Positions 22,401-32,900 of a stretch of 64,000 nt of DNA are shown here, in pieces. The DNA is from an uncultured candidatus Porisulfidus sp. Its GTDB lineage: Bacteria > Pseudomonadota > Gammaproteobacteria > Poriferisulfidales > Oxydemutatoraceae. Made by a program: the position numbers and the translations under genes. Below the pieces are notes generated by a model that was given only the letters and a program-made list of their open reading frames with translations, was not told the DNA's origin and searched no databases. The stretch spans positions 96,001 through 160,000 of the forward strand of contig OZ244052.1 of NCBI GenBank assembly GCA_965215125.1, in the 5' to 3' direction. Each line of letters starts with the position of its first letter. Positions within the stretch are counted from its first letter, which is position 1.

Positions 22401-22995
22401 TAGTGGCTTCCGTAGAAGTGAAATCGGTAGCCTCGGCAAATAGACTCAATAGAGAAGGCGAAGTATCCCTGAAAGTGAATACATAATCTTGGGGGTCGGA
22501 AAAAATACCACCTTTGGTATAGGTGCATTGTCCGGAATTCGTTGCGGTGTCGGTATCGTTGTTATAAAAAGCCGGTGTATTGAGGTTTGCGCCGAATGCC
22601 TCAACATTATAATCTATAGCCACACCACCGACGCTGTACGGCAACGCCACTCCGGTTTTCCGCACCTGAACCACGAATTCCAAGCGATCGTCGCCGGTAT
22701 CGCCGGGAGTACCGTTATCGTCGATGCGTAGACGTTCGGTATCAAACCGCATGTACACCACACCGTTGACATTCGGCATACAGTCGCCGGCATTATTGCC
22801 ACCGCCGATGCTACATGTTTGTGAAAAAGGCTCTGTCCCCGTTATGAAGCGACTTTGCGTTATTTGGTACTGTGCGTAAGTGTCGCTACCGACTGCCAGC
22901 ATCAATAATGTACAGACAAAGAAGTGTATCTTTGATAATGCAATTCTGTCTGTTAGCTTTCTAATAATATATTTAATGCCGGTTGCCACATACAC
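13405..22995 (-). CDS. Giant secreted repeat protein 1 (3196 aa): signal peptide, cohesin-like N-domain, Big_5/SbsA-like domains, ~20 Ig-like repeats, C-terminal RAKVFLEGPLQ
   Basis: Uninterrupted 9.6-kb ORF; GTG start with AGGAGG; hydrophobic segment ending TYA-Q; recurring SYxLLR...GFTLGR...LxDxxxNxP...LD...RDT. Confidence 0.9.
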   Translation of the reverse strand: MYVATGIKYIIRKLTDRIALSKIHFFVCTLLMLAVGSDTYAQYQITQSRFITGTEPFSQTCSIGGGNNAGDCMPNVNGVVYMRFDTERLRIDDNGTPGDTGDDRLEFVVQVRKTGVALPYSVGGVAIDYNVEAFGANLNTPAFYNNDTDTATNSGQCTYTKGGIFSDPQDYVFTFRDTSPSLLSLFAEATDFTSTEATSGSFSTINSEWQDFVEFSCQIVYDADGNGTLDANEGSTGADAGLAFSGRLWAENQVWIAGDGDASTLNRTVFGIADNDLRGFRLDGKTWVEDYARHDDGKGVRLKFSKGVAVYASEDATIPTSLTAANFIIDGVGEAVKISTATHRVNEPYVNLRFESAVSNGILRLVSTATGMVRDVDNVELADGNFVAALAHDADAPYVTEVRRTAYTGKNEMGESTWEIGFSKALHPDTVNKENLCLTDSNGICAPADKPAITPTIVSVDLNDENTTLIVVIDEGRVEQASLPISLEFRRNAVLGADFKIVEDYQTALRDEITLSNNVPLVFTVRAIDRQSDVDPRPSFVSIYEYEAVPDLITPNSYGMEFAVRANREVLGIADSSSYRVIAKPIDENLPVSASSITHVILRTSETELSRNGDATTLTYTVTLDSVETVRRIRGFTLARGTNANFVDIYGNAPAVDIGDELDTAAEAIARRDTQAPTISLSIDPNFKPTITTSNNRGIVNGYGMWFRLEADELLDDTIIRPRSFNLLRKLAGDGYAIVPNPNEFSITGEASSYTVFTNIRLSEAEARETVGFTLGNNGGVRDLAYNIPITIGADRLFDDSDEAFVETNRTHPSIGVVAQGVMPDENDPLVYRGTFEVTANTTVDDGLSGSNGILGLGDDASYWLWHIPSDGSAPSTRTARIAVDAVSDASATISFSTRFERSDEVMETMGFTLARRDNLLDFVSNYPVDPVNTEDEIERGERLDSRDEAVAVRDTESPSYTVAREGDLEIAASGYTMAFRVAAPSDVPATQFSDLRQSGSYSLLRKLQGRDTYEPMSGRLAEEITVVTTRTVIVRYTDISGLSIDEALNTEGFTLGRSADDRLRDLASNDPVVSIGGTTPTEVTTTPPLPLDASAQALFAIERESPSLTVVPNGAIIKSGTAYRGSFNVTGNFNDTDVNGIDGIESSQSYVLLRVPQRTDATIPSTPVVVLQNASISVGSADLNSLNDVAIYFSVDDSEATSKHRFSLGRKDRLSDLVGNPLVDPMTGEVVTTNSRIDSRVSAEAGIPADNTPNPIISVVAINGKAAPTNNPLVYGGSFEVSVINDKDVSGIAHAGSYNLLRIARDGVHTITTATAMIRVNDATTADVSRRMATVVFSTTLTATGLGQTYGFTLGRRANLEADGMPPLVDTNRSDRLDVAAAAVAVLDSSLQITADAIVDTSKALAQFPPFNQSDGPKAYPEVNFDDNTVNGNRYDMIFEVRSLNRAAIPEIGSTDSYVLLHVPTTGTEINLSEYISANTVEMVSADQARARVRYTVEFGSADDEDAVALTQRTAGFVLGRAAGRLQRSPTELPLNVAAIAIADDARINPNDTAIAKRDTTPPKIAVTVAGSRLGSGGIDINFILQTDSEEYLQPQWNDENDFVLLRRLSTPSWDAVTDYGRSITIFGDIGFSRHFSIFGYRLSENDALDTEGFTLGYNGRSTLRDLSNNDVSQANEDGTINPLQRDRPIDSGDSAFLIRDMNPPFIEVNANSLTLGSAQRDTISYNIVFELASKKLDDDMQEINTRVHGLSSPESYQLLREIEEGNYEIVTSDTYVARGEHLSDYRAGMTYENVGLSVPEAQQTLSFTLSRASNNPDDVNDCPLCDYSSNAPVVAGTTRTATAGMPLDRSETAEAKIEDKTGELITVSAIDEAVPDSSNTNIYTGSFEVRSGNPVRGLSDARSYTLLRLPLVGSDGIGEATETTATLMLSGGSATTTLSRITFRVDLGSIAITQRTYGFILGRARASTENNCVLCDSFGNLPVNRDGTMILGGDPLDTTAMAIVRRDIEPPRIRVTPIDEFVGIQPNRYTMRFRLTASSDVSDAVGSELRALSTYRLLRKLNTDSSYRPVSAVPSQVISPSGDIELIYNDVLPLTIEEISETESFTLGLAVAGRLRDKSGNDPVVSVGGASVTVDPPSPLDESTTAHLAIRRVGNPSIAVTYDRDFNFLTKKGTNYSGTFGLSGNRSIDGITDAESYVLLRVPQRTDTAMPSTPVVVLNDASIDISSANFNNLQSATIYFAVSDPDTTSKHSFALGRKARLTDLVGSPLVDPADDSTVEINERIDSRLDAEASVPTTDTPNPIIRVRANGKAVPFSDNRLKYGGSFRVSSDEMVGGFDQPDSYKLLHIDDEGTHTTITASISVNTSGLVLAEGEVALASVSFNTSLSTAQLIKTIGFTLGRRANLEKGDIPPIVDRAREDRLDASSDAIAKIDRPLQINVEAIVDTQNPLVRDNLVADNIRAYPDLDNGNKYSMVFRVRSETGEAIADIGSTSSYVLLHIPTPDADAVDDLSPYIESNTVEMISSGNTEAKVKYTVTFGEDIGTTALAITRATAGFALGRAADKLQIATIKPLDRLGNLIADDARIDPSTAAIAMRDTTPPEIEVAVTVNGANIDGFVLSFAASTLPLETLRPGWNSSRNYTILRKLKNGNYIPVAEPRIGVTTTRQLNNMRSINVVPFHLSQDEAQETSGFTLAYGGASAIRDLANNDAVPFGSTQSLTINQPFDDRDSALAVRDTNPPFVEVRAQEVIPVDGGRNALPGGYYRLGFDLDYKKIVDGESVDVPLHNNLRSYQLLRQTMTDEFEVVRNYGTRSYRSGTINAMLSYNGVYLSPEEIAQTKNFTLGRAPNDLNADQYEDRCRLCDYFANAPVVVGTTGMVMIGEPLDPNDRAKTVIPRTFARLIVSAVGIAEPNLLDGNEYTMNFRVESESDEAITGLGILDSYKLIHKPTAGNALDLTTFIRNKSITSNSSATEAMLNYRVRFNDVENQTQRTAGFTLARNAGLVDIYGNPTTDRQGEPIALGVEIDTTVTAIARRDTEPPRIAVNAKGRKATETAKDSNIYNMQFLVTVANGEQVRGLNDINSYTLLQILEDGSVMFPNSTATDTITDGGFEIDHTDVRISRNDSNPTVGFTLGRAGTSLRDLANNDPVDANPENATEEIDEAEEELDSRRSALARIIRAILIRAKVFLEGPLQ
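19602..21430. repeat. ~1.83-kb near-identical segment shared with giant gene 2 (copy 1)
   Basis: Matches 30212-32040 at offset +10610; shadow ORFs duplicated at the same offset (19969/30579, 20219/30829). Confidence 0.95.
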
Positions 22996-23092
22996 GATTA
23001 GTCCCTCCTAGAAATGCTACCGATATATGGAGCATGACATCATATATACAAATTTGACTTTGTATGAGTCGGGGTACATTGACGGATAGCCT

Positions 23093-23920
23093 TTAGGGGA
23101 CTTGGCTACTTTGAGTTAAATTATTGGCGATGATATCGCTATAATCGGCAGGTGTTACGATACTACTAAAGTTGGTATCGCCGGCGTGATACGCCGAGAT
23201 ACCGATACTGCCGGCAGCCCCGACTGTGTAGTCGGTTATGTTTATTACACCGTTGCGGTCTACATCGCCTCCGTATAACACATGAATATCGTTATCTTTA
23301 CCTTTTAGTGCCGAAGCACCGTCGGCGGCAAGTGCACTGCCGGCAGCACTAAAATCATGACTATAGATATCGGCATTTCTATTCGCATCCGCCGTTCCGG
23401 TGATATTGGTTGCCGAGATAACATCAAGATGGTTTCGGTGGCGAACTACCAAATAAATATCCTCATCGTCCGCTTCCTCCAGCTGTACAAATTCTACATC
23501 GGGGCAGTTAGCTTCGGTTGTCTCAAGTCCCACTGCCGCACAAAGCAATGTCGGATCTTGAATAATCTGCTCGGCGTATCGGGCTGCATCTACCACACGT
23601 CCGTTGCTCAATAAAAATGCCGGCTTGCGAGCAACGACAGTCGTCGCCGCACTTGCCTCATCGCCGGCAGAAGTAGACCTCAATTCAAGTAATACCCAAT
23701 CGACAACACCTTCGGGCACCGCTACCACCTCAATACTCCGACACGATATCGGGCTCTCCGAGTTAATCGTGTAATTACCGTCGCAATAAGGATCTTGTAG
23801 CGGGACCTCAATATCGGTGACCATCCTATCTATCGTTTGTGCACCGATGGCACCGGATAGTAGTACGAGTACCGTCGGTATATAACTTAATCTAATCATT
23901 TTCCTGTTTGCTTTCATCAT
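23093..23920 (-). CDS. Small secreted protein (~275 aa): N-terminally incomplete beta-sandwich 'DWVLLELR/HRNHL' domain plus dockerin-like tandem Ca-binding repeats
   Basis: ATG at 23920 with GAGG RBS; signal peptide ending AIGA-Q; VPLQDPY, VVDWVLLELR, VVARKPAFLLSNG, LVVRHRNHL, GDVDRNGVINITDY, GDTNFSSIVTPADY, SQVP end. Confidence 0.85.
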   Translation of the reverse strand: MMKANRKMIRLSYIPTVLVLLSGAIGAQTIDRMVTDIEVPLQDPYCDGNYTINSESPISCRSIEVVAVPEGVVDWVLLELRSTSAGDEASAATTVVARKPAFLLSNGRVVDAARYAEQIIQDPTLLCAAVGLETTEANCPDVEFVQLEEADDEDIYLVVRHRNHLDVISATNITGTADANRNADIYSHDFSAAGSALAADGASALKGKDNDIHVLYGGDVDRNGVINITDYTVGAAGSIGISAYHAGDTNFSSIVTPADYSDIIANNLTQSSQVP

Positions 23921-23936
23921 TTCATCCTCATATAAT

Positions 23937-26900
23937 TTAACGGAACGGTCCCTCAAGGAACAACTTCACTCTCAGTAGCATGCCTCTGACAAGGCCGGCG
24001 ATTGCATCGAGTCTAGAATCCAGTTGTTCACGGTTATCGTCTATGATCTCCATGCTATTTTCGGGGTTGGCATCAACCGGATCGTTATTCGCCAAGTCTC
24101 GCAAACCGGTGCCTGCACGACCCAAAGTAAAGCCGAGCGTCGGGTTTAACGAGTTTTCGGAAATCTCTATGTTATCGTAAGCGATAGTCACACCGCTATC
24201 TATAGGTGTAAGCGTAGCCGTACTAACGATAAGTTGCGGAGAACCGGTTTCGAGTATCTGTAACAGCGTATACGAGTCCGAATTGTCAATGCCTCGCACC
24301 TGCTCGCCGCCGGCAACCGTCACCGTAAAGCGCATGCGGTAACGATTGGTATTTATATCGTCGCGTATTGCCCCGCCGTCGGCAGTGACGATAATTGCCG
24401 GCGGCACGGTATCTCTGCGCGCAATCGCCGTAGAAGTCGTGTCTATCTCTGCCCCCATACCGATCGCTTCGCCTTGCCTATTCATTGCTAGGTTGCCGAG
24501 CATATCGCTCAAACCTTCATTCGCCGCCAGTGCAAACCCTGCGGTGCGTTGGGTTTGCCTTTCCGTATTATTGAATCTTATCGTATAGCCGAGAGTCGCC
24601 TCATCGTTGTCATCGTTTATGATCAGACTACTTGCTCGGATGAAATTATTCAAAACCAAAGCCGTGCCGGTAGTCGGTTTATGGACCAGTCTATACGAGG
24701 TTAATATACCCAGATTGCCACTGATAGGCTGGTCGGATTGTACCACGAAGTTCATCGTATATTCATCACCGTTGTCGGGATTCGGTGTTGCTTCGCTCGC
24801 TGTCACCATCAGAGTCGGTGCAGAAACCGCATCTGCCATGTCTATAGTTGCTACCGCCGCATCACCACGATCGAGTGGCTTAAAGCCGTCGGTCGGCGTC
24901 GTTAGTGTGCCTACGATGGTCTCGGTGGTGCCGGCAACAAACGGGGCATTACTCGCATAATCGCATAGCGGGCAACCGTTCGGGTCATCGGGGTCGCTAA
25001 GCGCACGGGTCAGAGTAAAGCCTGTGATGTTTTCAATTTCGCTCACCGGTACCTGCACATTACCGAAGTATACGGTCGCTCGAGTCGTCGAGACGCTGGT
25101 TGCACTGGAATTTTGAACATTCTGCACCGCAACCAATCCGCCGTCTTCCAATACTCGCAATAATTGATAAGATGTAGCAGAGTCCAAGCCTCTCACATCG
25201 GTTGCATCGACTTTTAGCCCTCCGTCCCATTGCTTTGCGGCAACATCAAAAGTGATATCGTACGCTATCGTATCGGAGCGCACCGTAACGACATTGACGG
25301 GTGATGCGGTCACCTCTATGAACGGTGGGTTTTTATCTGCAATTGTCACCAAAGCGGTGGGAATGATATTTAGAGGTTGGCCTTGCGCAATAGTACTTCC
25401 GATGTCTTCAGTGTCTTGTCGTAATACGTTATTGTTGGATGGGCCGCGAAACAGTACCGACGAACCGTTATAGCCTACCGTGAAGCCTACAGTCTCTCGT
25501 GCTTCGTTTTCACTCAGACGCAAAGAAGAAATCATCACGTCTAAGTCTTCTCCTATTGGATATAGAGGATTGTAGTTCACTTCCGTAGGCTCGCTATACG
25601 AAACCGGATTCGTATTCAAGCTGCGTAATAATCCAATATCCCTTATACTGAAAACACCATTTTGCATTACCAGATTGAAGCTCATATTAAAACCATTAAC
25701 TCCTGCGAAGGCTTCGGTCGGATCAGGATATACCTCTATTTCCGGCATGACCGTATTTCGTGCAGCTATTGCCGAACTTTGCGGATTTATACGCATGCCG
25801 TCTTCTATAGAATCACCCTCACCGTTAAGCGGCAGTGCATCATTCTCTAATTTGCCGGCAGCACGACCCAACACAAAGCCTGCGGTGCGTTGAGTCAGAT
25901 TGACGGTCGCCTCCTCGTCGTCGGCAGCACCGAAGCTTACCGTGTATTTAACTCTAACATGCGTATCGGTAGTGATCGTTTCTACGGTATGCGCGGTTAT
26001 ATATTCGGATAAGTCTATTGCGTTATCCTCGGTCGTCGGTACATGGAGGAGTACATAAGAACTTGTGCTAGCGATATCCGGTACCACTTCACCGTTGAGC
26101 GAGCGCACTTCGAATATCATGCTGTATTGATTGCCATTCAAAAAGCCGGTACTGAGGTTGGCTTCGGGGTATGCTTTGGGATCGGGAACACCACTATAAA
26201 ATGGTGCCTGATTGAAAATATCTGCACTTTCGTCTATAACCGCTTCGGCAGTGATTTGCAACAATTTATCTACTTCGGCTATCGCATCGGCACTTACATC
26301 CAGTCTGCCTTCCGATCCAAGTTGCGGCGGATTGTTTGATGCGTCGGTTAAATTAGCTCGGCGGCCAAGCGTAAAGCCGATAGTTTCATTAACCTCCGCC
26401 AGTGCAGTCAGTGTGGTGGCAAAAGCGACACTTACCTGTAGCTCCGATACCGAGTTCACGGTAATTGTCACCGCCACCTCGGTCGTAGCACCGTCGGTCG
26501 TGAGGCGCAATAACTTATACGATGCTTGATCGTCCAATCCGGTAACCGATTTGTCGCTAGAAACATCAAAACCGCCTTCATACACCAGACGATCATTTAC
26601 GCGGGGGGTTGCTTTGCCGATTGCTTCCACGGTGATAATCGGATTGTCGGTATCAACATTCGGCACGGCAGACGCTGCGGATGTTCTTGAGTCTATGCGC
26701 TCATTAATATCGATCGGGTTACCGGTGTCGGCAAAATCAACCGGAGGATTACCTGCCAAGTCGGTCAACCCGGCTTTGCGCCCTAGGGTGAAACTATGGG
26801 CATTGGTGGCAACGGAATCTTCTACATTAAATTGTATCGTCGCACTTCGTAAATTATTGAAGTCGGCACTGCCGACACTGATGCTTGCATCGGACAATAC

Positions 26901-29900
26901 TACGTCCTGCTCACCGGACAGAACCCGCAACAACACATAAGAGGTACTACTTTCTATGCCGTCTATGCCTTCGAGGGCGGTGACATCGAAACTGCCGATA
27001 TAATTATTGCCATTTTTGCTTAGCGAGTTGGCTGTCACCGTGATTGCCGGACTCGTTCTTTCCACCGCAAGGTGTGCGATGACACTGTCATCCAACGGAG
27101 ACGGTGGGTCTACGGTGACCGGTGCGCCGCCTACCGACATCACCGGATCATTGCCCGAATTGTCTCGTAGCCGTCCCGCTATAGCGAGACCCAGCGTAAA
27201 GGATTCGGTCTCGCTTATCTGCTCTATAGACAACGGCGGCACCGTATAACTTAACTCTATGTTGCCGCCGGCAGAGATCGCTTGCTGCGATGCCGATACC
27301 GGAAGATAACTGTTATCGCCAAGTTTACGCAGCAGCCGGTAGCTACTAGACCGTCGCGCTTCCGAGGCCGTCGTGCTCGATACGTCCGCCGGCGGATCCA
27401 CTCTAAATTTCATCGTATAACCATCGGGGCGTATATCGAGGGAGTCTATCGGTGTTACCGTGAAATGCGGCGACACGATATCTCTGCGCACAATCGCGGT
27501 TACCGTGGTATTTAGAGGATCACCATAAGCTATTACATCGCCGTTCGGGTTGCGCGGTGGATTACTCAAAATATCGCACAAAATACAATCATCTCTAGAA
27601 GCGTTGATGATCGGGGCGCGGCCCAAGATAAAGCCGTAGGTTTGCCGTGCGACTTCCGGCGCAAGCTCTACACCGAAATCAACCGTAACCATTAATTCTC
27701 TACTCCTAAAACTTCTCGATATCGCCAAATAGACAAAAGGATTAGCATTGGGGTTATGGATCTGATAGTCCGCTGCCGGCAGTGCCGACAAGGTTGCGGT
27801 CGTCCCGCCGATTCCGTCTATCGCTACAGGCACTCCGGCACTGCCGTCTTCTTCTAACGGTACACGCAATAGAATATAAGAGGTCGGTTCGTGTAATCTA
27901 CCACCCCCATCTATATTATTGATAATAAACTCGCTACTTCTAACGTCAAATTGCCCGGTATAGATATAAGGGTTGCGTTCATCGGGGCGTGCTTCTCCTC
28001 TCGCCCGTAGTGTGATGGTCGGACTCATTTTATCCGATACTCTAATCTCTGCGCTTTCGCGAGGATCCAGTGGTTCATTGTTTGCCACCGTTTTGGTAGT
28101 GCCGACTGCCACCGGGGCATTGCCCGAATAATCGCATAACGGACAATCGTTCGGATTATTAGCATCGTGTGCACGACGACCTAAAGCGAAACCGAATGTT
28201 TCTTGTTCCTCCGCTATGGTTAGGTTTACATCTTGATATGTTATGCGTGCCTGAGTGGTCGAAATACTCTCAATTATTATACTTCTAGAAAATTCATTAT
28301 GTGGTTCAAAGCTACCGTCTTCGAGAATACGCAATAACTGATAGGGGCCTTGAAGATTTGTTGAACCATCAAGCGCAGATCTCGTACCTAAACCGTGTAC
28401 GAGTGCGTCGACTTCTTTGTCATCTACCAGTGTCTTCGCGGTCATAGTAAAAACAAGTTGAGCTCCGTCAAGCACATCACCTGCCAATCCTCCTGTCACT
28501 TCTATGAACGGCGGGTTGGTGTCTCTGAATGTTACTGCGTCATCTCTGATATCAAAAGGTTGATCTGTTGTGATCGTTTGTGTGGTGGTGCCACCTTGAT
28601 ATACGTCGTTGTTGGACAGATCGCGTAGCGTGGATGCGCCGGAATATCCCAGCGTGAAGCCGACAGTGTCTCGTGTTTCGTTTTCACTCAAACGAAAAGG
28701 ACTAGAAGTGCCTACTGACAGATTATTACTTATTAAAGTGATTAAAGATAAAAATGTATTCACTCTCGCAATAGAACTATAGGCACCCGTATTCAGCTTA
28801 CGGAATATATTATGACTTTCAAACTGTTGCCATTGCGGTTTGAGTGATTCACCGGACTCGGTGCGGGCGTTAAAGTTTACTCTGAAACCATTTTGACCTA
28901 CTACAAGATTACCATCCACCACGACCGTCGGTGATTGCGTATCTCGTGCGGCTATTGCAGCCGGGTTCGGGTTTATACGAGCATTATCGGCTATAGGATT
29001 ACCATCGCTATCCAACGGTTGCGCATCATCCTGTAGTTTGCCCGTTGCACGACCCAGCACAAAACCGGCAGTGCGTTGGGTCAGAGAGACGGCAGCGTCG
29101 GCGGTGTCGGCACCGAACTCTACCGTGTATCGGACCCTCGCTCGGGTTTGATCGAAAGAAACCATCTCTACGCTATTCGCAACGATATAATCCGCCAAGT
29201 TTATTACCTCATTATCATCTGTAGGCACATGAAGTAATACATAAGAACTTGTGCTACCGATTCCCGGTATCGCCGTACCGTTAAGCGAGCGTACTTCAAA
29301 GAGCATACTGTAGCGATTGCCGTTGACATCGGTATCGTTGGCATCGTTAACTTTGGGATAAGCCTTAGGACCGTCGGGTTGATTGAACGGGATGAGACGG
29401 GAAAGATAGTGATTTATATCAGTAATGGCTTCGGCAGTGATTTGCAACGGTCTATCCACTAAGGCAACCGCATCCCCGCTTATGTCCAGTCTGTCGCGAC
29501 GCTCGGCATCTACCACCGCCGATATGTTGCTACTGTTTTTCAAGTTGTCGCGACGACCGAGTGTGAAACCGTAGGTTTGCTCCAGACTTACCACAGTCAG
29601 TGTGGTGGAGAACATAACCGTTGCCGTTGATCCCAAAACATCGGCGGTCGTTGCTTCGTTCACTTGTATCACCGTCATCGTCGTTATTGTATGTTCACCG
29701 TCTCTGGCGATGCGCAATAGATTATAAGAATCGGCATAGCCTATGCCGAGCACATCCTCATTTGCAGTAACTGTAAATGTTCCGCGATATACCAACGGGT
29801 TACCGACATCGGCAACGGCGTTGCCGTCTGCGTCCACCGTAATAATCGGTGCGCCGGTATCGGTTGCAGGTATTGTAGCTTCTGCGGTCGCACGCGAGTC

Positions 29901-32900
29901 TATACGGCTATTTATCGTTACCGCCTCGCTCGTCACCGGATCCACCAACGGATTACCCACCAAATCGGTCAAGCTATCTATACGACCTAGGGTATATACT
30001 TGGGTAGTGGCAGCATCAACATCGGGGTCGTTCACATTAAAGCTGATCGTCGCACTTTGCAAGGTAGTGAGGTCTACGCTACCGATATCGATTTGCGCAC
30101 CCGCCAATACGACGACCGGAGTGCCGGGCGGGTCTTCGGAATTCGTCCGTTGCGGTGCTCGCAACAACACATAAGAGTCACTACTTTCTATGCCTTCTAT
30201 GCCTTCACCGGCGGTGACATTAAAACTGCCACGATACGCGGTGCCGCTTTTGATGATTGCACCATTCGGTACTACCGTGAGCGACGGGCTTTCGCGTTCT
30301 ATCGCAAATAATGCTTGTGCGTTTGCATCCAACGGCAACGGTGGCGTTGTCGTCACTTCGGTAGGTGTCGTGCCGCCTATGCTTACGACCGGGTCGTTAC
30401 TTGCAAGGTCGCGTAATCTATCGTCGGCACTGCGCCCCAGCGTAAAGCCTTCGGTGTTCAGGGCTTCGTCAATGGATAATCTCGATATATCCGTATAGCG
30501 TACTATGACCGTTCTAGTTGTTACTACCGTTATCTCTTCCGCCAGTCTGCCCGACATCGGCTCGTATGTATCGCGACCTTGAAGTTTGCGCAACAAGCTA
30601 TACGATCCACTCTGCCTCAAATCCGAAAACTGCGTTGCCGGCACATCCGACGGTGCGGCCACCCTAAATGCCATCGTATAACCGCTCACCGCTATCTCAA
30701 GATCACCCTCCCTCGCTACCGTATAGCTCGGCGACTCGGTATCTCTCACCGCAACCGCTTCATCGCGGGAATCCAAACGCTCGCCACGTTCAATCTCGTC
30801 TTCGGTATTCACCGGGTCAACCGGATAATTGCTCACAAAATCCAGCAAATTGTCGCGCCGCGCCAGTGTGAAACCCATAGTCTCCATAACTTCGTCGCTA
30901 CGCTCGAAGCGCGTGCTAAAACTAATTGTCGCCGACGCATCGGACACCGCATCCACCGCTATCCGTGCCGTTCGGGTACTCGGCGCACTACCATCACTCG
31001 GAATGTGCCACAGCCAATACGAAGCGTCATCACCCAGTCCCAAAATACCGTTTGAACCCGATAGACCATCGTCAACCGTCGTATTCGCCGTCACCTCGAA
31101 TGTTCCGCGATACACCAACGGGTCGTTCTCGTCGGGCATTACACCCTGCGCTACAACACCGATGCTCGGGTGCGTTCGGTTGGTCTCAACAAGTGCTTCG
31201 TCGCTGTCGTCAAATAGGCGATCGGCACCTATGGTAATCGGGATGTTATAGGCAAGGTCGCGCACACCCCCATTATTACCCAGTGTGAAACCTACCGTCT
31301 CGCGCGCCTCGGCTTCGCTTAAACGAATATTGGTAAATACGGTATAGCTGGACGCTTCACCCGTTATACTAAACTCATTAGGATTAGGAACTATGGCATA
31401 GCCACCTCCGGCAAGTTTGCGTAACAATCTCCAAGATTGTGGGCGTATTACAGTATTGTCCAGGAGTTCATCGGCTTCTAACCGAAACCATATGCCATAG
31501 CCATTGACAATCCCTCTATTGTTTGATGTGGTAATTGTTGGCTTAAAATTGGGATCTATAGATAGCGATATTGTCGGAGCTTGCGTATCTCTACGAGCGA
31601 TTGCCTCGGCTGCGGTATCCAACTCGTCTCCGATATCAACCGCAGGCGCATTACCGTAGATATCGACAAAATTAGCGTTTGTGCCGCGAGCTAGGGTAAA
31701 GCCTCGGATGCGTCGTACTGTCTCCACGCTGTCAAGTGTGACAGTATAAGTCAGTGTCGTCGCATCTCCATTACGACTCAACTCGGTCTCGGATGTTCGT
31801 AGTATCACATGAGTTATTGACGATGCCGACACCGGTAAATTTTCGTCTATGGGCTTCGCAATCACTCGATAAGAACTGCTATCCGCTATTCCCAAAACCT
31901 CGCGGTTTGCCCGTACCGCAAATTCCATCCCGTAGCTATTAGGTGTTATTAAATCCGGAACCGCCTCGTATTCGTAGATTGATACAAAACTAGGACGGGG
32001 GTCCACATCGATCTGCAGGTCAATCGCCCGTACCGTGAATGTCGGTGCATCGGTGATGCTACGGGCAGAAATGACACCGGGATCTATAGGTTCTCCGGTT
32101 CCGATAGTAGTGCCGATTGTGTTGACCGGGGTATTGTTATCGTCATCTACCAAATGTCTAACATTGTCGCCACGCGCCAATGTGAAGCCTTCGGTTTGCC
32201 GAACTACATCCAACGATGCAAGCTCAACCTCGTATTGCAATGTAATCGGGTTTCGGCTTATCAGCGTTAGCGTGCTACTAATCTCTACAAACTCGTCGCT
32301 TCCTATGGGTTTGCGCAATATTTTATACAACGATGCATCGTCTATCCCATCGATACCTGCCTCATCGGCTGTTACACTGAATTGACCGGTATAACGGCGC
32401 GGGTTGTCGATGTCGGGCATTGCATCGCCGATTTTGGTGAGCGTGATTACCGGCGGTATGCTATCGGTGAGTTCTATTTTATTTCTCAGTGCCGTTTGAT
32501 AGTCTTCGATTATTTTGAGGTCTGCACCTAGCACCGCATTACGCTTAAACTCCAGAGACAGCGGCGGCGGTGCACGCTTGATACGCCCTTCGTTGATAAC
32601 TATGTTCAGGGTCGTGCGGTGCGTCGTATTTAAGGAGACGCTAACGATAGATGCCGATAGGCTCGACGATTCACAATTACCGTTTTCGGCGGTCAAGCAG
32701 AAGTTCTCTTTGATTACGGTCGCCGGGTTTAGCGGTTTGTTGAAACTTAGCTCCCAAGTGGACATCCCTATCTCGGTATCGCTATCGTAGGTATAGTCGG
32801 TGCGCTCAATGCCGGTTGCATACGGCGCATCGGCATCGTGCACCAATGCCGCAGCGAAGTTGCCGTTTGCCAATTCAACATCGTCGGTATCTCTAACGAT

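Noticed and set aside
23920-23956. Frameshift or readthrough fusing giant 2 to the adaptor, or a simple broken gene
   Set aside because: The adaptor has its own RBS and signal peptide, and two other genes also stop right after EGPxx, so the split looks selected rather than accidental. The listed 23956 start is probably too early.
25933-25938. Apparent avoidance of AAGCTT, the presumed methyltransferase target
   Set aside because: The site looked scarce by eye but occurs here at least once; a computed observed/expected ratio is needed before any claim.
14400-28145. CxxC motifs as c-type heme sites
   Set aside because: They read CxxCD, not CxxCH; disulfides or metal sites are more likely.
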